A DNA stretch of 64,000 nt from the NCBI GenBank assembly GCA_001662655.1, contig KV460257.1, one strand, 5' to 3'. The notes below the pieces were generated by a model. That model did no database searches. It was not told where the DNA came from and saw only the letters and a program-made list of their open reading frames with translations. Below, one piece after another: positions 12,118 through 24,332 of this stretch; positions within the stretch are counted from its first letter, which is position 1, and the number at the start of each line of letters is the position of its first letter. This DNA comes from Pseudogymnoascus verrucosus. Lineage: Eukaryota. The translations under genes and the position numbers were made by a program.

Positions 12118-13261
12118 AGTGGCTTCTGCCAGCAGAGAAACAGAAACACCGAGGGATGTCAGATTTCCTGCAACACCGTAGCAATTTGTAGTAGTCCCAC
12201 TAGCAAGTAGCTTTAATAGGAAGGAAGCTCCTGTCTGTTCCAGGCTCTATAATTTCCTAGTCCGGATAGCATCTGCTACAGTGTAGAAGAAATAATGAGA
12301 TCAATTTTGGCGAGGTAGGACGAGTTTGCATGCCCGTCGAACGTCATTGATTTTAGAGATTTGGTTCGTTCTCCAAATCTCCAAATCACGTGAGCTTCAT
12401 GATGTAGTCACCGCTCTTAGTGGGTTGACGACGAACACTTAGCCCATCGCTTTCAATTGATAAACAAAGACTGAGCAGCTTAAAAGTAGCTAAAGCTGTT
12501 GGATGGCTTATTGCTACACTTGATGAAGCTCTTCGACAGCAACGTCAAACAGTAGCAGTCTAAACAAACGTACTATATTATCTACTAATCCATCTGTGGC
12601 TATTCGCTGAGTTCTCCTGTGAGCCCAGGAAGTAGGTGCTAGACTAAATGAACATACTCATCTTAGAATGTCTCATATATACCCGAGCACGTAACATGTA
12701 TCCAACTAACAAAAGCTGATTGATATTTAAAAGTCGCAGTTTAAAATAAGTGAACGTGTCTAGACGCGTCTCTCGTATTTCTGAATCAGGGTGAACGCGA
12801 ACCTGACGGATGAGTGAAGATGCAAGGGTCGGCATTAGCGTGGCGACCGCAGCAAATCAGGAAGGGGGAGAACCCTTGAAAACCGACATCCATCACGGCA
12901 CATGTTGACATTGTGCAGCAAAGTGATAAAATATGTGGATTGAGGGCAGGAGACCATCAACCTGGCTCCTAAACTGAAATGTAGTGACGGCATACGAGTT
13001 CTCTATCTAATCCTTTTGCTATCCTAATAATCGTCGGAGCCAACCTTTCGTTTCACTCGAGGTCGGGGTAAGCGAACAGCGTTCGTGGAAACAGACGGCG
13101 CTCAGGTACCATCACTAGCAAATTGTATGTGAAGGATCTTCGTGTTTGTTAATTTTCGCCAAAATGGTGTTCTCTTTACCTTGAACCACTACCTTATATG
13201 AGTCTCTTTTACTTGATTTATTGTCACCTAGACCTTAACATAGCTATTTAGATTCTATAAA

Positions 13262-13309
13262 ATGTGGTGTTTCACTCGCCTGGGCATTTCACTCGCATAT
13301 GGACTACGT
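13262..13309 (+). mobile_element. Probable pogo/Fot1-type terminal inverted repeat remnant
   Basis: TTTCACTCGC repeated with 17-bp period, ending in ..GGACTACGT. Same architecture as the end at 53695-53745. Confidence 0.45.
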
Positions 13310-13498
13310 CACACGAAATATTAAACTATGACATAAAAATACACACCCCTACCTATATCTAGCCCATCAGTTATACTCCGTGCCTCTACTCTTGTATATT
13401 GCTCTATATCCGCTTGTAATAATAGGCATTTACAATTTCCTGTGGTGACTGGGGAGGCACCAATTATAATTGTTGTCATCGTCGACGCAACATATCCG

Positions 13499-16374
13499 CT
13501 ACCAATCAGCCCACTCTCTCAGCACAACCACAACTTTTTTCACCTTTTCCGTACCTACCGCACTTGCCCTCCTGATCTTCTCTTCTCCCCAGCTACCCCA
13601 ACGTCCCCACCTTTCCCAGCCTCGGTCCTCATCTTCTTCACTCTGCCTCATTATATCAGGAATTCCGCTCTGCCGTCTCTGCGACTCGGGCCGCTCTTCC
13701 CCCTCTCTATCCCTGAAGTTCCAATCCACTACAAACCTTGCCTTCCTCACGACAGAAAGATATACCGGAAACACCAGCGCGACGCCAAGCAAAAGAATTA
13801 TGACCCAAAATGACCTCCTCAGACTCCGATTTCTCATCGCCCCAAATATAATCCACGGGCCCACCGTCCCTATACACCTCGAAGCCGTCAGCATTGCTGC
13901 CGCGATCCTCGTATTCCTCCCCATTCCCCTTAACGTTATAGCATAGACAAGGGGAAAAACAGGTGCTAGAAAGAGGAATATCATTATTCCAAGCACGGCG
14001 ACCAAGTTCGGGTCTTTAGCTGACTTGCCCTCTGGGAGAGCAACGAAGGCGATCGTGAATGCTAGGCTGCCCGCGAGGAAGAGCAGAAGAATGAGCCGCG
14101 GCCGCATAATAAGACATAACAAGCCGGCTACAACGCGCGAGAAGAACATCAAGCTGTAGGCCAAGAGGAGGTAGTTTCTAGGCGAGAGACTGAGGCCGTG
14201 GATCTTTTGTTCCGCGGGCGGCGGGGCGAGTACCTCGATGTACCAAATATTAAGGGCTTCCAGCGAGAGAAGGTAGATAGATTGCACCATAACACCAAGG
14301 GCAAGGGTCAAAAACACAGTTCTAATACCACCGATGTGCGTCGACGAGGCCGACCTCACGGCTCTGTTCATCGGCAGGAGGTGCGGCTGGAGCTCCTTTT
14401 GCAGATCTTCATCGCCTGCTTCGGGGAGCGGCATGTAGTAGAAGAAAAGAGCGATGACGATGGCGAAGAGCGCGACGCTAAAGTAAGTCCACTGTACAGG
14501 GATTAAGTTCATCTTCTTCTGTATGAGCGGGGCGAAACCTTTGTTGGCGATCAACTCGCTGACGGCTACCCCGCCTGCTTGCATGGCCTGCGCGAAGAGC
14601 AGCCGAATTTCGCCATACTGCGGGGGCCCGCAGAGAGTGATGAAAGGGTTCGCAGCCAGCTCCAGGGACGAGATGCCAATGCCGGTGATGACGTTTGAGA
14701 TGAGGAAGCCGGGTAAGGAGACGAACGATGCTGAGGGCCAAAGCATTAGGATACCGATGCCATAGAGGCAGAGGCTGACGATAAAGATTATTTTGAACCC
14801 TCCTTTTTTTAAGGCGTACCATCCAACGGTGAATGGACCTATAAGGTAGGCGCCGAAAAACGCTGTATGTAATGATATGGATTGCTTAGTGGTATATTGT
14901 GAGACAATCGAGATTTGATCGTTTAGGGCATTGAGCAGCCCGAAGGAGAACCCCACCATGAAGAACAGGATGGTGACTACGCTGCAATATTTCCACGAGT
15001 CACCTACAGACATCCTCAGCATGCATTTTGGGGGTTGAAGGTTGAAAAAGCCGAAGTAAACAGCGCTGCCGGCTGATTGAACTTGGAGCAGCGTTTGATT
15101 TCTAGCGGTGATATTGTTCTCCGTACGAGGTTGAGTAAGAAACTCCATCTGGTCCATCTGGATATCCAAATCACGAGCATTCGAGTGGATCGGTCTGTTC
15201 TCAGTGGGCGCCGTAGCCCCTGAAGTTTCATCTGTGGTACTTTGAACATCTGAAGTATGATTCCTAGATGTCGGCTTCGTCTTCGGCTTTGGCGACCCGC
15301 CACTGCTATGACTTCCGACTCGCTTAGTAAGCCAAGGCACCACTCTTCTCAATAACGGCCTCAGTGTTGGGATGCAAGCGCAGACGATCCCAGCATTAAT
15401 TTCCACAGCGGACCACATTAGCGCAGGCGCAACGAGGTATGCAAAATCCGCGGTGTCTTCGAAAGAATCTGTCAAGGTTGGCACTCGGCCCCCAGCTGTG
15501 ATGATTAATATGGTATTTTGCAGAACATTAATCCGAATCACATCGACAATCATCACAAAAAGCCACAGCGCGAATGTCAAAACTAGGATAATCTTCTGCT
15601 TCCGAGGCAGCTGCGTGCCAGTGAGGATGGGTATAGGCAGCATCAGAATGACAATGTCAGTTGCGACGTTTGTAGGCGAGGCTGCAAAGTAAAGAGTGAC
15701 GAGACGTATACACTTTTGTCCTGAGCTGTCGCTGAAAGTCTTGGTGATCGGATCACACAGGAAGATGCTGAAAAACGTCAGAATTGTACCGGCTATATTG
15801 ACCACCGCCAACGTTAAATATGTGGCGAGCCGGAAATATTTCTTATTCTTTGATAGACGTAGATAGAACAGTAATATGCTTGTCTTTGTCGCCATGAGCG
15901 CCGGGTTCTATGAATCGTTAGTCACGACTCTCTTCTATCACTTCTTGCAGTTTCCTCCACTCCCCCCCTCTTCCCACGACGAGAGGAACATGGCATTATA
16001 CGCACATAAAGCACAGAAAACGAATACACGCACTTCCTAAAGTCGTCCCGCGACTCGTGTGGAATATCCGCATCATGCCTCCCCAAACCATTCGCAACGC
16101 CAAACACAATCGAAAGTGTCACACCGAGCGCCAAGATCCAGCCAACGACAATCACCAAGTCATCCCATGTGGATTTCTTGGCAAGACCGAGACGAGTGAC
16201 CAGCCGGGCTACAACGAACAGCGTCGCGACACCTAAAGTGGTCAACGCCACGACCTCAACGGCGAGGCCGCGGCTTGGAAACTTGGCGGGAATCATTTGC
16301 GAGTCACGACCAGGCCTCGCGTCTGCCAATTCGATGACTGAAGGTCTCTGGGGAGCTTGATCTGTCGCCTGCAT
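13499..16374 (-). CDS. PTH11-like (fungal rhodopsin-domain) 7TM protein fused to a FucP-like MFS sugar permease, about 925 aa
   Basis: Exon 1 16374-16006, intron 16005-15908, exon 2 15907-13499. PTH11-type motifs: R...R..WDD, GLGRH, TKTSILLFYLRL, TDIVIL.LPIP, WSAVEINAGIVCACIPTLRPL. FucP-type motifs: LFFMVGFSFGLL, FFGAYLIGP, LELAANPF. Confidence 0.88.
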
Positions 16375-17047
16375 GCATCTGTATCGAGGTTGTCGGGTCT
16401 GTACCTGTATGTATAGGGAGTCGGTTTTTTATGACGACATCATGACATTTCCCCAAAGCTTTTGAAATGCCGCGTTTCTGCTGCACTTCCGGGTCTGGTC
16501 ACGCGATACTGCTTACTTTTGCCCCTCGCACTATCAGCAAGTATACTAGTCTGTCGCTGTTCAATATCGAAGTTATCAACAGCAGCTCGCATGCTCTTGC
16601 ATTGGCAAGCGAAAGCTGAGAATGTCTACTCTGGAGATCCAATACATGATCTCGAAAGCACCGACAAGCCAGGTACGTAAGCTAAAGCGGCCACACTCCG
16701 GTACTATTACGAATTTGACGCGAGAACTGACACGAGATTGACACGAAAACGATGCGTCGCCTCACCCCTTGCTCTTATTTTCCAGGTAATTCGCCATTTG
16801 TGAGCATACGTCTACACATCAACCAACAAGAGGCTAAATTGCGAGGCAATCTTCATCCACCTGCTGGTCTTGACTGTTTTGAATACCCGGCCAATTAATA
16901 AAGCGCAGATCCTCAGAGAATTAGCAGGTTGTCTGTTGGGTCCCGGGTAGAAGCTAACAGTGTAATATGCTTAGTTTAAGATCACATTGTCCGGCAGACG
17001 TTTCCCATGGAGAAACTCCGCTCAAAAACAACGATGAGTTTGGTAAT

Positions 17048-17233
17048 AGTAGCAAACTGCTGGTTACCACCGGATGATACCGTGATCACAGTGGCCACAC
17101 TTCAATTTTCTGCTGCAAGGTGCCACCACGCGTAAGTAAACCACTACGACCACGCAAATATAACATGGTGCTATAGCAGCAGTGAAATATGTAATTAGTT
17201 TACAATGAACTGCCCTCGAACCAGCAACCAGGA
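17048..17233 (+). promoter_or_regulatory. Cassette A, complete copy, upstream of and overlapping the start of the coiled-coil gene
   Basis: Matches 9555-9736, 6297-6357 and 7113-7198. AATATAA at about 17157, ATG at 17205. Confidence 0.65.
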
Positions 17234-17915
17234 AAGGGCCAAATGGCGAACTGAATGCAGGGAGAAGTTAGCCAATCACATTCGTAAGTGTACTCAAGCC
17301 ATATCTAATTGTGTCATATGACCAGACTCCCAACTTAGGCTTACTATTCTCCTAACTAATGTCAAGCTCATAACAAAACTAGAGGACCTGTATCAATGGA
17401 GTTATTTGACAGCTAGAAAGGCTGCATTGTTCAATAAACAACTAAGCAAGCACTCGATAGGGGCCTATATCGACCTGTGTAACGGAGTAGGAGTACATTT
17501 TAAGGCTGTGCTAGGAGAAGGCGCCGCAGACTACGAACAGGAAAAGCAACTCGTCACAACAAGCATAGGTTTTGACGCACTAGAGAAGAGTAGAGAACAC
17601 CCTTCTAGCGATGCAATTTCCTTTCAACTAAGCGCTAAAGAATGGCGTGAGAGATTTAACGCAGAAGTGGCTATAAGAGAGGCTCTTAAGATCGAGATGA
17701 TGGGTATTAAAGGAGAGAATGGGGAACTGCTAAGTGAGATGAAAGCCCTTCGCGAAGAAGAAGCAATGCTGATCCAAGAACTTAAAAAAGCACGGGAGGT
17801 TCTGCTGATAACATCGCGCATACTTCAAGAACGAGCATTAAAGGCATCTGAAGACTCGCAGAAGATTACACACGCCACAACTTCCCTAAAGCTGGGAAGA
17901 AATCCATGTATTTAG
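17205..17915 (+). CDS. Uncharacterised protein with C-terminal coiled coil, about 222 aa
   Basis: Exon 1 17205-17283 (MNCPRTSNQERAKWRTECREKLANHI), a 42-nt GTAAGT..CTAAT..CAG intron, then an open exon 2 at 17326-17915. Heptad-rich C-terminus. A paralog lies at 5605-6325. Confidence 0.65.
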
Positions 17916-19257
17916 TCTCGCCCGAAATAGATTCCTCGATGGATTCTAATCAAGTAGCTCAAGTAGTAGGACCTAAATGATACCGTTCTTGGCGCTTCAC
18001 GAACGAATTTGACTTGCATATTAGATCGATAGAGGTACCGCAGGAGGCGATATATTTGAGTCGGATCACACCGATAATACAAGCGCTGTAGTGCAAACTT
18101 TAGCAAAAAAACCATGACGAGAGCCAACAGGACCAGCAGACAGACTTACAAGGACCTAAGAGCAAACAGAAAGATCAGAGCAATTATCTTCTATGAGTTC
18201 AGACTCAAGTCTTTCAGCTCCCAAAACGTAGTGATGACAACATCCCGAACCTAGCAGCTGAGTAGACGAACGCCTAAGAGTTAGTGCGCCTTACATGCAA
18301 TTCAGATCCTAGACCAATGTGAGACTATAGCAGATCACCCACGGTGGCGCTCGGAGTGAAGGGGAAAGAACAAGGTTGCCAACGTCAGCCGTGAGGCGCC
18401 GCCAGAAGGGACGGCGAGGGACAAGAAGGGGGAGAGCCAGGAGAAACGGTGAAGGGGGTTGGTGTATGAGGTGATGGAAGAAAGTAGAGGTGCTGATGGT
18501 GATGGTAGTGTTAGTGGTGGTAGCAAGGTGGCAAAGATAAGGAGAAAGGAGGAAGCGTGAGCTGTGAGTGGGCCGTCCAGCCATATTGAGTGGGGATGTA
18601 GGCCTGGCTGCCCCATAACACCGACTTTGAGCGCCACCGTGAGTCTGGGCGCGGCTTTTTCAGGTCTTAACGTCTAGTCTTTCAGTGCGATAGAGGATAG
18701 TGTGGCGTGTCTATCATACGGCAGATGATATAGTACTGTAGTCTATCGTGTGGAATGAAGCTTTACAATTGATGATGCAAGGATCGCGTCATCCTCGGCT
18801 TAAACTCGAATCGTAGAACCTAGTCCATACCAGCATCTCCTGTTAAGCCATGCTAATGCCTTGGCTTCTTACCTTACAACAACTTCTACTTAAGAAAGCC
18901 CTTCTTCGACAGTCGGTTTTGACGGAAACAATTCCCTTCAAGTCCCCTTGTTGAAGTCACTCAAAGCAGCTCAGAATGGGAGAAAAGTGCTGGTCCAAGT
19001 CGTCTGCCTCGACTGTGAGATGTATATAGGACCTGGCTGAGCCACGCTTACATACTTGTTAGCCTCCATTGCTCTCAACTCTCCGTGTGTTGCTTAGTTG
19101 ATAGGGGTTCAGGTATCGAGGACATTGGCTAGGAATTTGCGAAGTTTCACAGATCACAACGAGAAAATCGAAAAGACAGAAAGAACATTTGGTCCACCTA
19201 GAAACAGCCACATCGCTTTCATCGCCGCGGTGCTCCACGGTCCTACAGGACGAACTC

Positions 19258-20208
19258 ATGCCACCTAAGAAGCACCTGCCATCGAGGCCTTTGAGCCTTG
19301 CCATACCCGTGAAACGATATAGTCCTCGAAGACCGACACTACAAGAAATCCTCGCAAACTCAGCACCACCGCCATGGACTCTAAGCGCCTTTACGGCCTA
19401 CCTTTCACAAAACCACTGCTTAGAGAATCTGGAGTTTACAATGGATGCTACGCTGTATCGGAAGCAATATGAGGCGCTACTTGCAAACTGCGGAGAGGAG
19501 ACGATAATGGCTTCGACCGAGGGGTGCGAGTATGTTCGCATGCTATGGCAGAAGCTGTTAGATGCCTACATCACGCCAAATGGCCCCCGCGAAGTCAATA
19601 TTCCCGGTGACGTCCGAGATCGTCTCCTATCATCCCCAAATCATTTTAGACCGCCGAGTCCGCTGCAGCTCGATAGTGCGATAATGGTTGTGTACGAGCT
19701 GATGGATGAGAGTGTTCTGGTCTCATTTCTGAACTCCGTTTCCCGAGGTTTCAGCAACTATACTGGTCCTTGGACATCAGTAGAAGATACATCGGTTATA
19801 CCTACACCGGATTCTCCACCTATGCCTCCCGCAGCGTCAACCCGGATAGGCTATGGCTCCACCTCAAGTAGTGGCCCGAGCCGTGACGCGCAAACTTCTA
19901 ACTCCGCACACTCGCATCAACCCGTGCAGCGTTCTCATCTTGCTGCCGCGCTGAAGCGCGGCGTGAAATTTATTTACCCGTCACCTTCGTCGAATAGTGC
20001 CAAGGAAAATAACGATTCCCTCATCAAATACACCATTAGCGCCGGATCATCCAGTTCTCTTGGCGAGTTCATGATTCCACTGATAATACCCCCAACCTAT
20101 AATTCGTTCACCGACACAAGCGAATCGAGTTCGAAAGTCAGTAGAGCAGGTGAGAGTGATTCGAAGAAGATGGGTTGGAAGTTGGGGTTAGGATTGAGGA
20201 AGCCTTGA
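19258..20208 (+). CDS. RGS domain protein (RgsA/Rgs2-like regulator of G-protein signalling)
   Basis: PTLQEILANSAPPPWTLSAFTAYLSQNHCLENLEF..WQKLLDAYITPNGPREVNIP..VYELMDESVL, followed by an S/P-rich tail. The start codon is uncertain. Confidence 0.85.
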   Translation: MPPKKHLPSRPLSLAIPVKRYSPRRPTLQEILANSAPPPWTLSAFTAYLSQNHCLENLEFTMDATLYRKQYEALLANCGEETIMASTEGCEYVRMLWQKLLDAYITPNGPREVNIPGDVRDRLLSSPNHFRPPSPLQLDSAIMVVYELMDESVLVSFLNSVSRGFSNYTGPWTSVEDTSVIPTPDSPPMPPAASTRIGYGSTSSSGPSRDAQTSNSAHSHQPVQRSHLAAALKRGVKFIYPSPSSNSAKENNDSLIKYTISAGSSSSLGEFMIPLIIPPTYNSFTDTSESSSKVSRAGESDSKKMGWKLGLGLRKP

Positions 20209-20309
20209 ACCAGTCATCCGTTGGCAGCAAACATTAACAGTGGCAGTTCGAAAGCGAACAATGTCAGAGAGTCCGACAACGCTCATAGGTAGTCAGAACC
20301 CTTACGTCC

Positions 20310-20621
20310 AGCACAACCACAGGTCTTCTGTGCTTTTGGTTCGCGTGGAGTGGGGAATACAATAGTGTTCACTAGATCGTGCCGACAATTGCCATAGTCT
20401 TCCTGGTCGCACCGATCCTTCTGGTCTTTGTCGCGTCCTTGAACTACCTCAAAGATACGTATCTGATGTATGCAGCAAGTGCAGCAAGTGCGGTTGCAGC
20501 TAACACCATCTGTAAATCAGCTGCGGGTGCATCTGCTCCACTATTATACAATATATGTTCTATGCTCTAGGAGTTGGAGGCGGTGGTTCGCTAATTGGCG
20601 GAATAGCCATACTGCTTGCTG
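20310..20621 (+). pseudogene. DHA1-type MFS transporter, C-terminal fragment
   Basis: FWFAWSGEYNSVH*IVPTI..LNYLKDTYLMYAASA..AANTICKSAAGASAPL, then a frameshift into YMFYALGVGGGGSLIGGIAILLA. Confidence 0.8.
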
Positions 20622-20752
20622 CGTGCGACGGAACTCCAATACCTGTATCGACGACTTCTGCGAGAAGAGTATGTGAATTTTCATCCCCAGCGGAAACCTT
20701 TGTAATGATCCGTATCGATTTCTGTTCTGTAAATTTATTGGCATTGCTGAGA
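20611..20752 (-). pseudogene. Histidine kinase HATPase_c fragment
   Basis: [15 protein letters not shown] (N box) and LLAEVVDTGIGVP (G1 box); only about 47 codons. Confidence 0.75.
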
Positions 20753-21090
20753 GGTATTTCATTGAGCACTTAATCGATGGAGATTTTGCCTCGAACAACG
20801 GTGGCTGGGGATTTAGTGCCTCTACAGGAGTCGATCCTTAGCCATATTTTAGAATCTTCAACCCCCTCTTGCAGAGCGAAAAATTGGACCCCGAGGGAGA
20901 ATATATCAAGAGATGGGTTCCCGAGCTGAGGGGTATCACGGGTAAGGCAATTCATGATCCGTATGATAGGGGAAAGGGGGTGGAGGCCAACAAGAGCGGG
21001 TACCCGAAGCGGATAGTGGATCACAAGGAAAGTAGGGACCGGTGTTTGGCTAAGTACAAAGGGGGCTTGGGACGAAAGACAGCCGAATTT
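20749..21090 (+). pseudogene. CPD photolyase, FAD-binding C-terminal fragment
   Basis: [71 protein letters not shown], with one CAG>TAG stop. Confidence 0.88.
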
Positions 21091-21527
21091 AGATTAGCAC
21101 TCTTCCAGGGCAAATGTTTGCCGTCCCATTGTAGTAGATACCTTGAAAGAAAATAGGTAAAAGTTGTAGACACAGGGCCGTGAAAATGTGTAAGCTGGTG
21201 ATAGGCCCTTTAACTTAGGTGAAGTGGTCAAAGTGATAAGAACGCTTTGCATTGGCTCCTTTTTCACCTCGAGATCCTCCGTGCATGAAAACCTCTCTGC
21301 CGCGGGAGCTAGATGTACCATTTGTTATAGCTAAAATAAAATAACAACGCGAAATATGGGGCTTTTTAGGCTAAGAGGCAAAAAGCTACATATAGAAACG
21401 CTGAGGACAGAAGCAAGGACGTTAGAATTGGCTGGTGTCAAAACGCCTAGTACGATGCAGACACCGCTAGACGGTATGATCCTCTTCGAAAGATGAAGCG
21501 TTCGGAGGTCTCATGCGCACTTCCCAT

Positions 21528-22399
21528 CTAGACAGCCTCCGTTGCAGTTTGCTCGAAACAGCAGTTGCTGCAGAACCTAGTCCCTAACCTGCCTAGAGTT
21601 CCGCACTGGCTACAAGCAAGCCCTTGTTGCGGTTGGACAAATGTTCTCTGCCCACCTAAACTTTCTTGATTTTGAGTAACTTCTTCCGTGCGATTGACGG
21701 TCTCATGAGGGTATACGGGCGTCATGCCACTAGCCATGTGGCTCTTCTCTTGTCTTTTAATATGCGTAGAATCTTCGTGCTTTCGACCGCGAACTCGACT
21801 TAAAACGATAATGCCCTTCGAGGTTATTAGTCATTTGTGAAAATGGGCAACGTGGGAATCCCAAAATAGGAAATCTCACCAGTACGAAACTAAGAAGCCA
21901 GAAGATCCCCCCGATAAAAGCCCATGCGATAGCTGCTCTCCAGCTGCTACATCCAGGATGTCCAACCTGTTCTGCTGTACCTACTCGATACCATCTACCC
22001 CAAGCCCAGCCCCAGTTGGTCCTAAACCAAGTTGAATTGCAGCCTCGGCTTCCAACAAGCTATTAACATGTTAGTTTAGTGAAAGGATATAATATTCAGT
22101 ATTAGAGTAAAAAAAATTCTTACATTGACAAGAAGTCCGAAGGCGACCATCCAGCAGACAAAGATTGCGAAGTCTAGGGGAAAGGCATAAAATGAGTAGG
22201 TTAGAGGTGGCGTTAAGACCAAGGCGAAGAATATGGAGATGCCTGCGATGGCGATCGCATACACGACTCGACGGTTACTGCCAACACCTGCTTCGTGGAT
22301 GTTATGTAGATAATGTCCTAGGGTGCCGGCGACAACAGCGGCGGAGACAAGCTGCATAAGCCGAAAAGCCACGGAAATAACTCTTGATCCAGAACCCAT
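21528..22399 (-). CDS. Four-TM MARVEL-like membrane protein with a C-terminal CxxC..CxxC zinc ribbon
   Basis: Exons 22399-22124, 22059-21880 and 21815-21528 splice in frame with canonical introns. FRLMQLVSAAVVAG, PLDFAIFVCWMVAFGLL, CSSWRAAIAWAF; tail CSQCG..FCSNC. Confidence 0.78.
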
Positions 22400-23257
22400 G
22401 GCTAATGATCTAAATTTATCCGTTTGAATAGTGGAGTTTTAACATTAAAAGTTGAAGTGATATTGGGACTTAGTAGTCGACGTTTAAAGCCGTAGAATGG
22501 GTCTGCTGTCAAGTTATACACATGGGACTCGTTACCTACATGGATGCCAACAGGTATTTTCGTTCGGGTGTGAACCCAGTATTTCCATATTCCCAAGGGC
22601 CAGACTCAAGAATCCTCTACCGTAAAGCAAAAATGGCCAAAACTAGGCAATGGTTGAGCCTAACTTAGCAAGTTGACTAGAGCGATTTGAGCTCGAGATG
22701 TCTGGAGTGTCGTAGGTGGCGGGTCGAGTCACCGATGCAGAATCACTAGAAATCGGCAATTGTGTAAGCGAAAGTGTCTGCGCCCTCATACAGTCTGGAG
22801 AGATCAACTAATGAGGGAATATTACAAGATGCCGCGCCGCTAACGTAAACCGTAAATGCGGGCTAAGATAGGTCATCCTTTTATACTGAAGGCCCAATCA
22901 TAAGCACGGTTAAATTAAATGGCGTCTGAGAATTCTTTAGAGTGACAAGAAGCATCATTCGTAAGTATAGTCAATTCCAACGGATTCTCACAGCTTGATA
23001 ATTCTACCTAAAGTATGGGCATCAGCTTTCACATTACGCAATAGGTTACCATATGCTACTAACATATCTATATAAGAATCGTCATAATTTGCTTCACGTG
23101 ATCTAAGCATGAATCTTTACTTCCTCTAGTGTAAGCTTCTAGCAAACGAGCGATTAAAGACAAACTTGTACTGCATTCTTGAGATTTCCTACTACAATCT
23201 ACTGAATAAGAATCTCGAGCTTAAAACAGACGAGCTAATAGCCCTATCGGATTCGAA

Positions 23258-23659
23258 ATGTTTGGGCGTCGCAGAAGACCAATGATGGCTAGCCCGCTGC
23301 TAGGCACAGCAATAATCATGGGGGCATCACGATCGTCGGCCAGACACGAAGTGGCACGCCAAGAACAGTATCATCAGAACAACCAGATGGCAAACGAGCT
23401 AAGAAGGCGCGACGAAGAAGATAGAGAGAGGCGTACGCAAGCCGCTATCGATGAAGCTATCGCAAAGGAGAGGCAGCGCGTTGAGCAAGTTCAAGGAGGA
23501 GAAAGTGGGACACAGACCGGACGTGTTGAGTCTCCGCCAGTATATAGCAGTGTTAAAGGAGCTGTTAACGCTGAGAAGTATTGCAGACGTTGTGGAGGTG
23601 GTTGCAGGGCGAGCGATAAGTTTTGCACTAGTTGTGGAAGTAAATTAGAGACAGCGTAG
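23258..23659 (+). CDS. Small protein: basic/hydrophobic N-terminus, coiled coil, C-terminal zinc ribbon
   Basis: MFGRRRRP..LLGTAIIMGASRSSARHEV, a charged helix, then YCRRCG..FCTSCGSKL. Single exon; TATAA at about 23069. Confidence 0.72.
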   Translation: MFGRRRRPMMASPLLGTAIIMGASRSSARHEVARQEQYHQNNQMANELRRRDEEDRERRTQAAIDEAIAKERQRVEQVQGGESGTQTGRVESPPVYSSVKGAVNAEKYCRRCGGGCRASDKFCTSCGSKLETA

Positions 23660-24332
23660 CTAAAGAAAAGCGAGAAGTATGAAGCTGTGATCCGTTAGGA
23701 TTAACTACGGTTAACAAGAGAGGAGATCATCTCTGGTGACCTTGCGGCCTTGATGAGAGTCTCATTGTTGTAGCCAACGGGGATAGATGCGATTTGAGCG
23801 TAACTGATAAACGTGAGCCATCCCAATTGCCAATCCATATTCTCAGCACCTACACATCCAAATACTTGTTTCCGTCTACATCGACAATGCTGAAGCTTTT
23901 ATCAGTAAACCATTGCAGAACGCAGTTTGTGGTGGTGTGACGTCATGCAGTGACGCCGTTGGTGGTGGGATCATATCAGTTATCTCAGAGTACTCTCCCT
24001 CGGAATTCTCGGATCCGACTATTCGTGGTAATGATTACCGTGTCGTGAGAACCTTAATCCAACATTCCTTCAGTAATTGTCAAACGTTCAGTTACTTCAT
24101 GATGACGCCGACGCATTCAAGTATGGGAGAGTTGCCAACGAATTAAAATCATGACACTGTACACACTAACCACAACCGGTCCTTAAAGGTTAAGGAGATA
24201 AGTCGTAGAAATAAGGAATGCGCATGTATTGGCACGAACTTGGAGTATATAACCCATTGTTAGGCGCAAGTAGTATAATCCTATATTTGGCAGCTTGCAA
24301 CTTATATTTATTACGGCGGCACTGCTAAGCTA

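Noticed and set aside
13442..16360. Plus-strand ORFs overlapping the PTH11-MFS gene, and similar antisense ORFs elsewhere
   Set aside because: Shadow ORFs of real genes, with no independent motifs.
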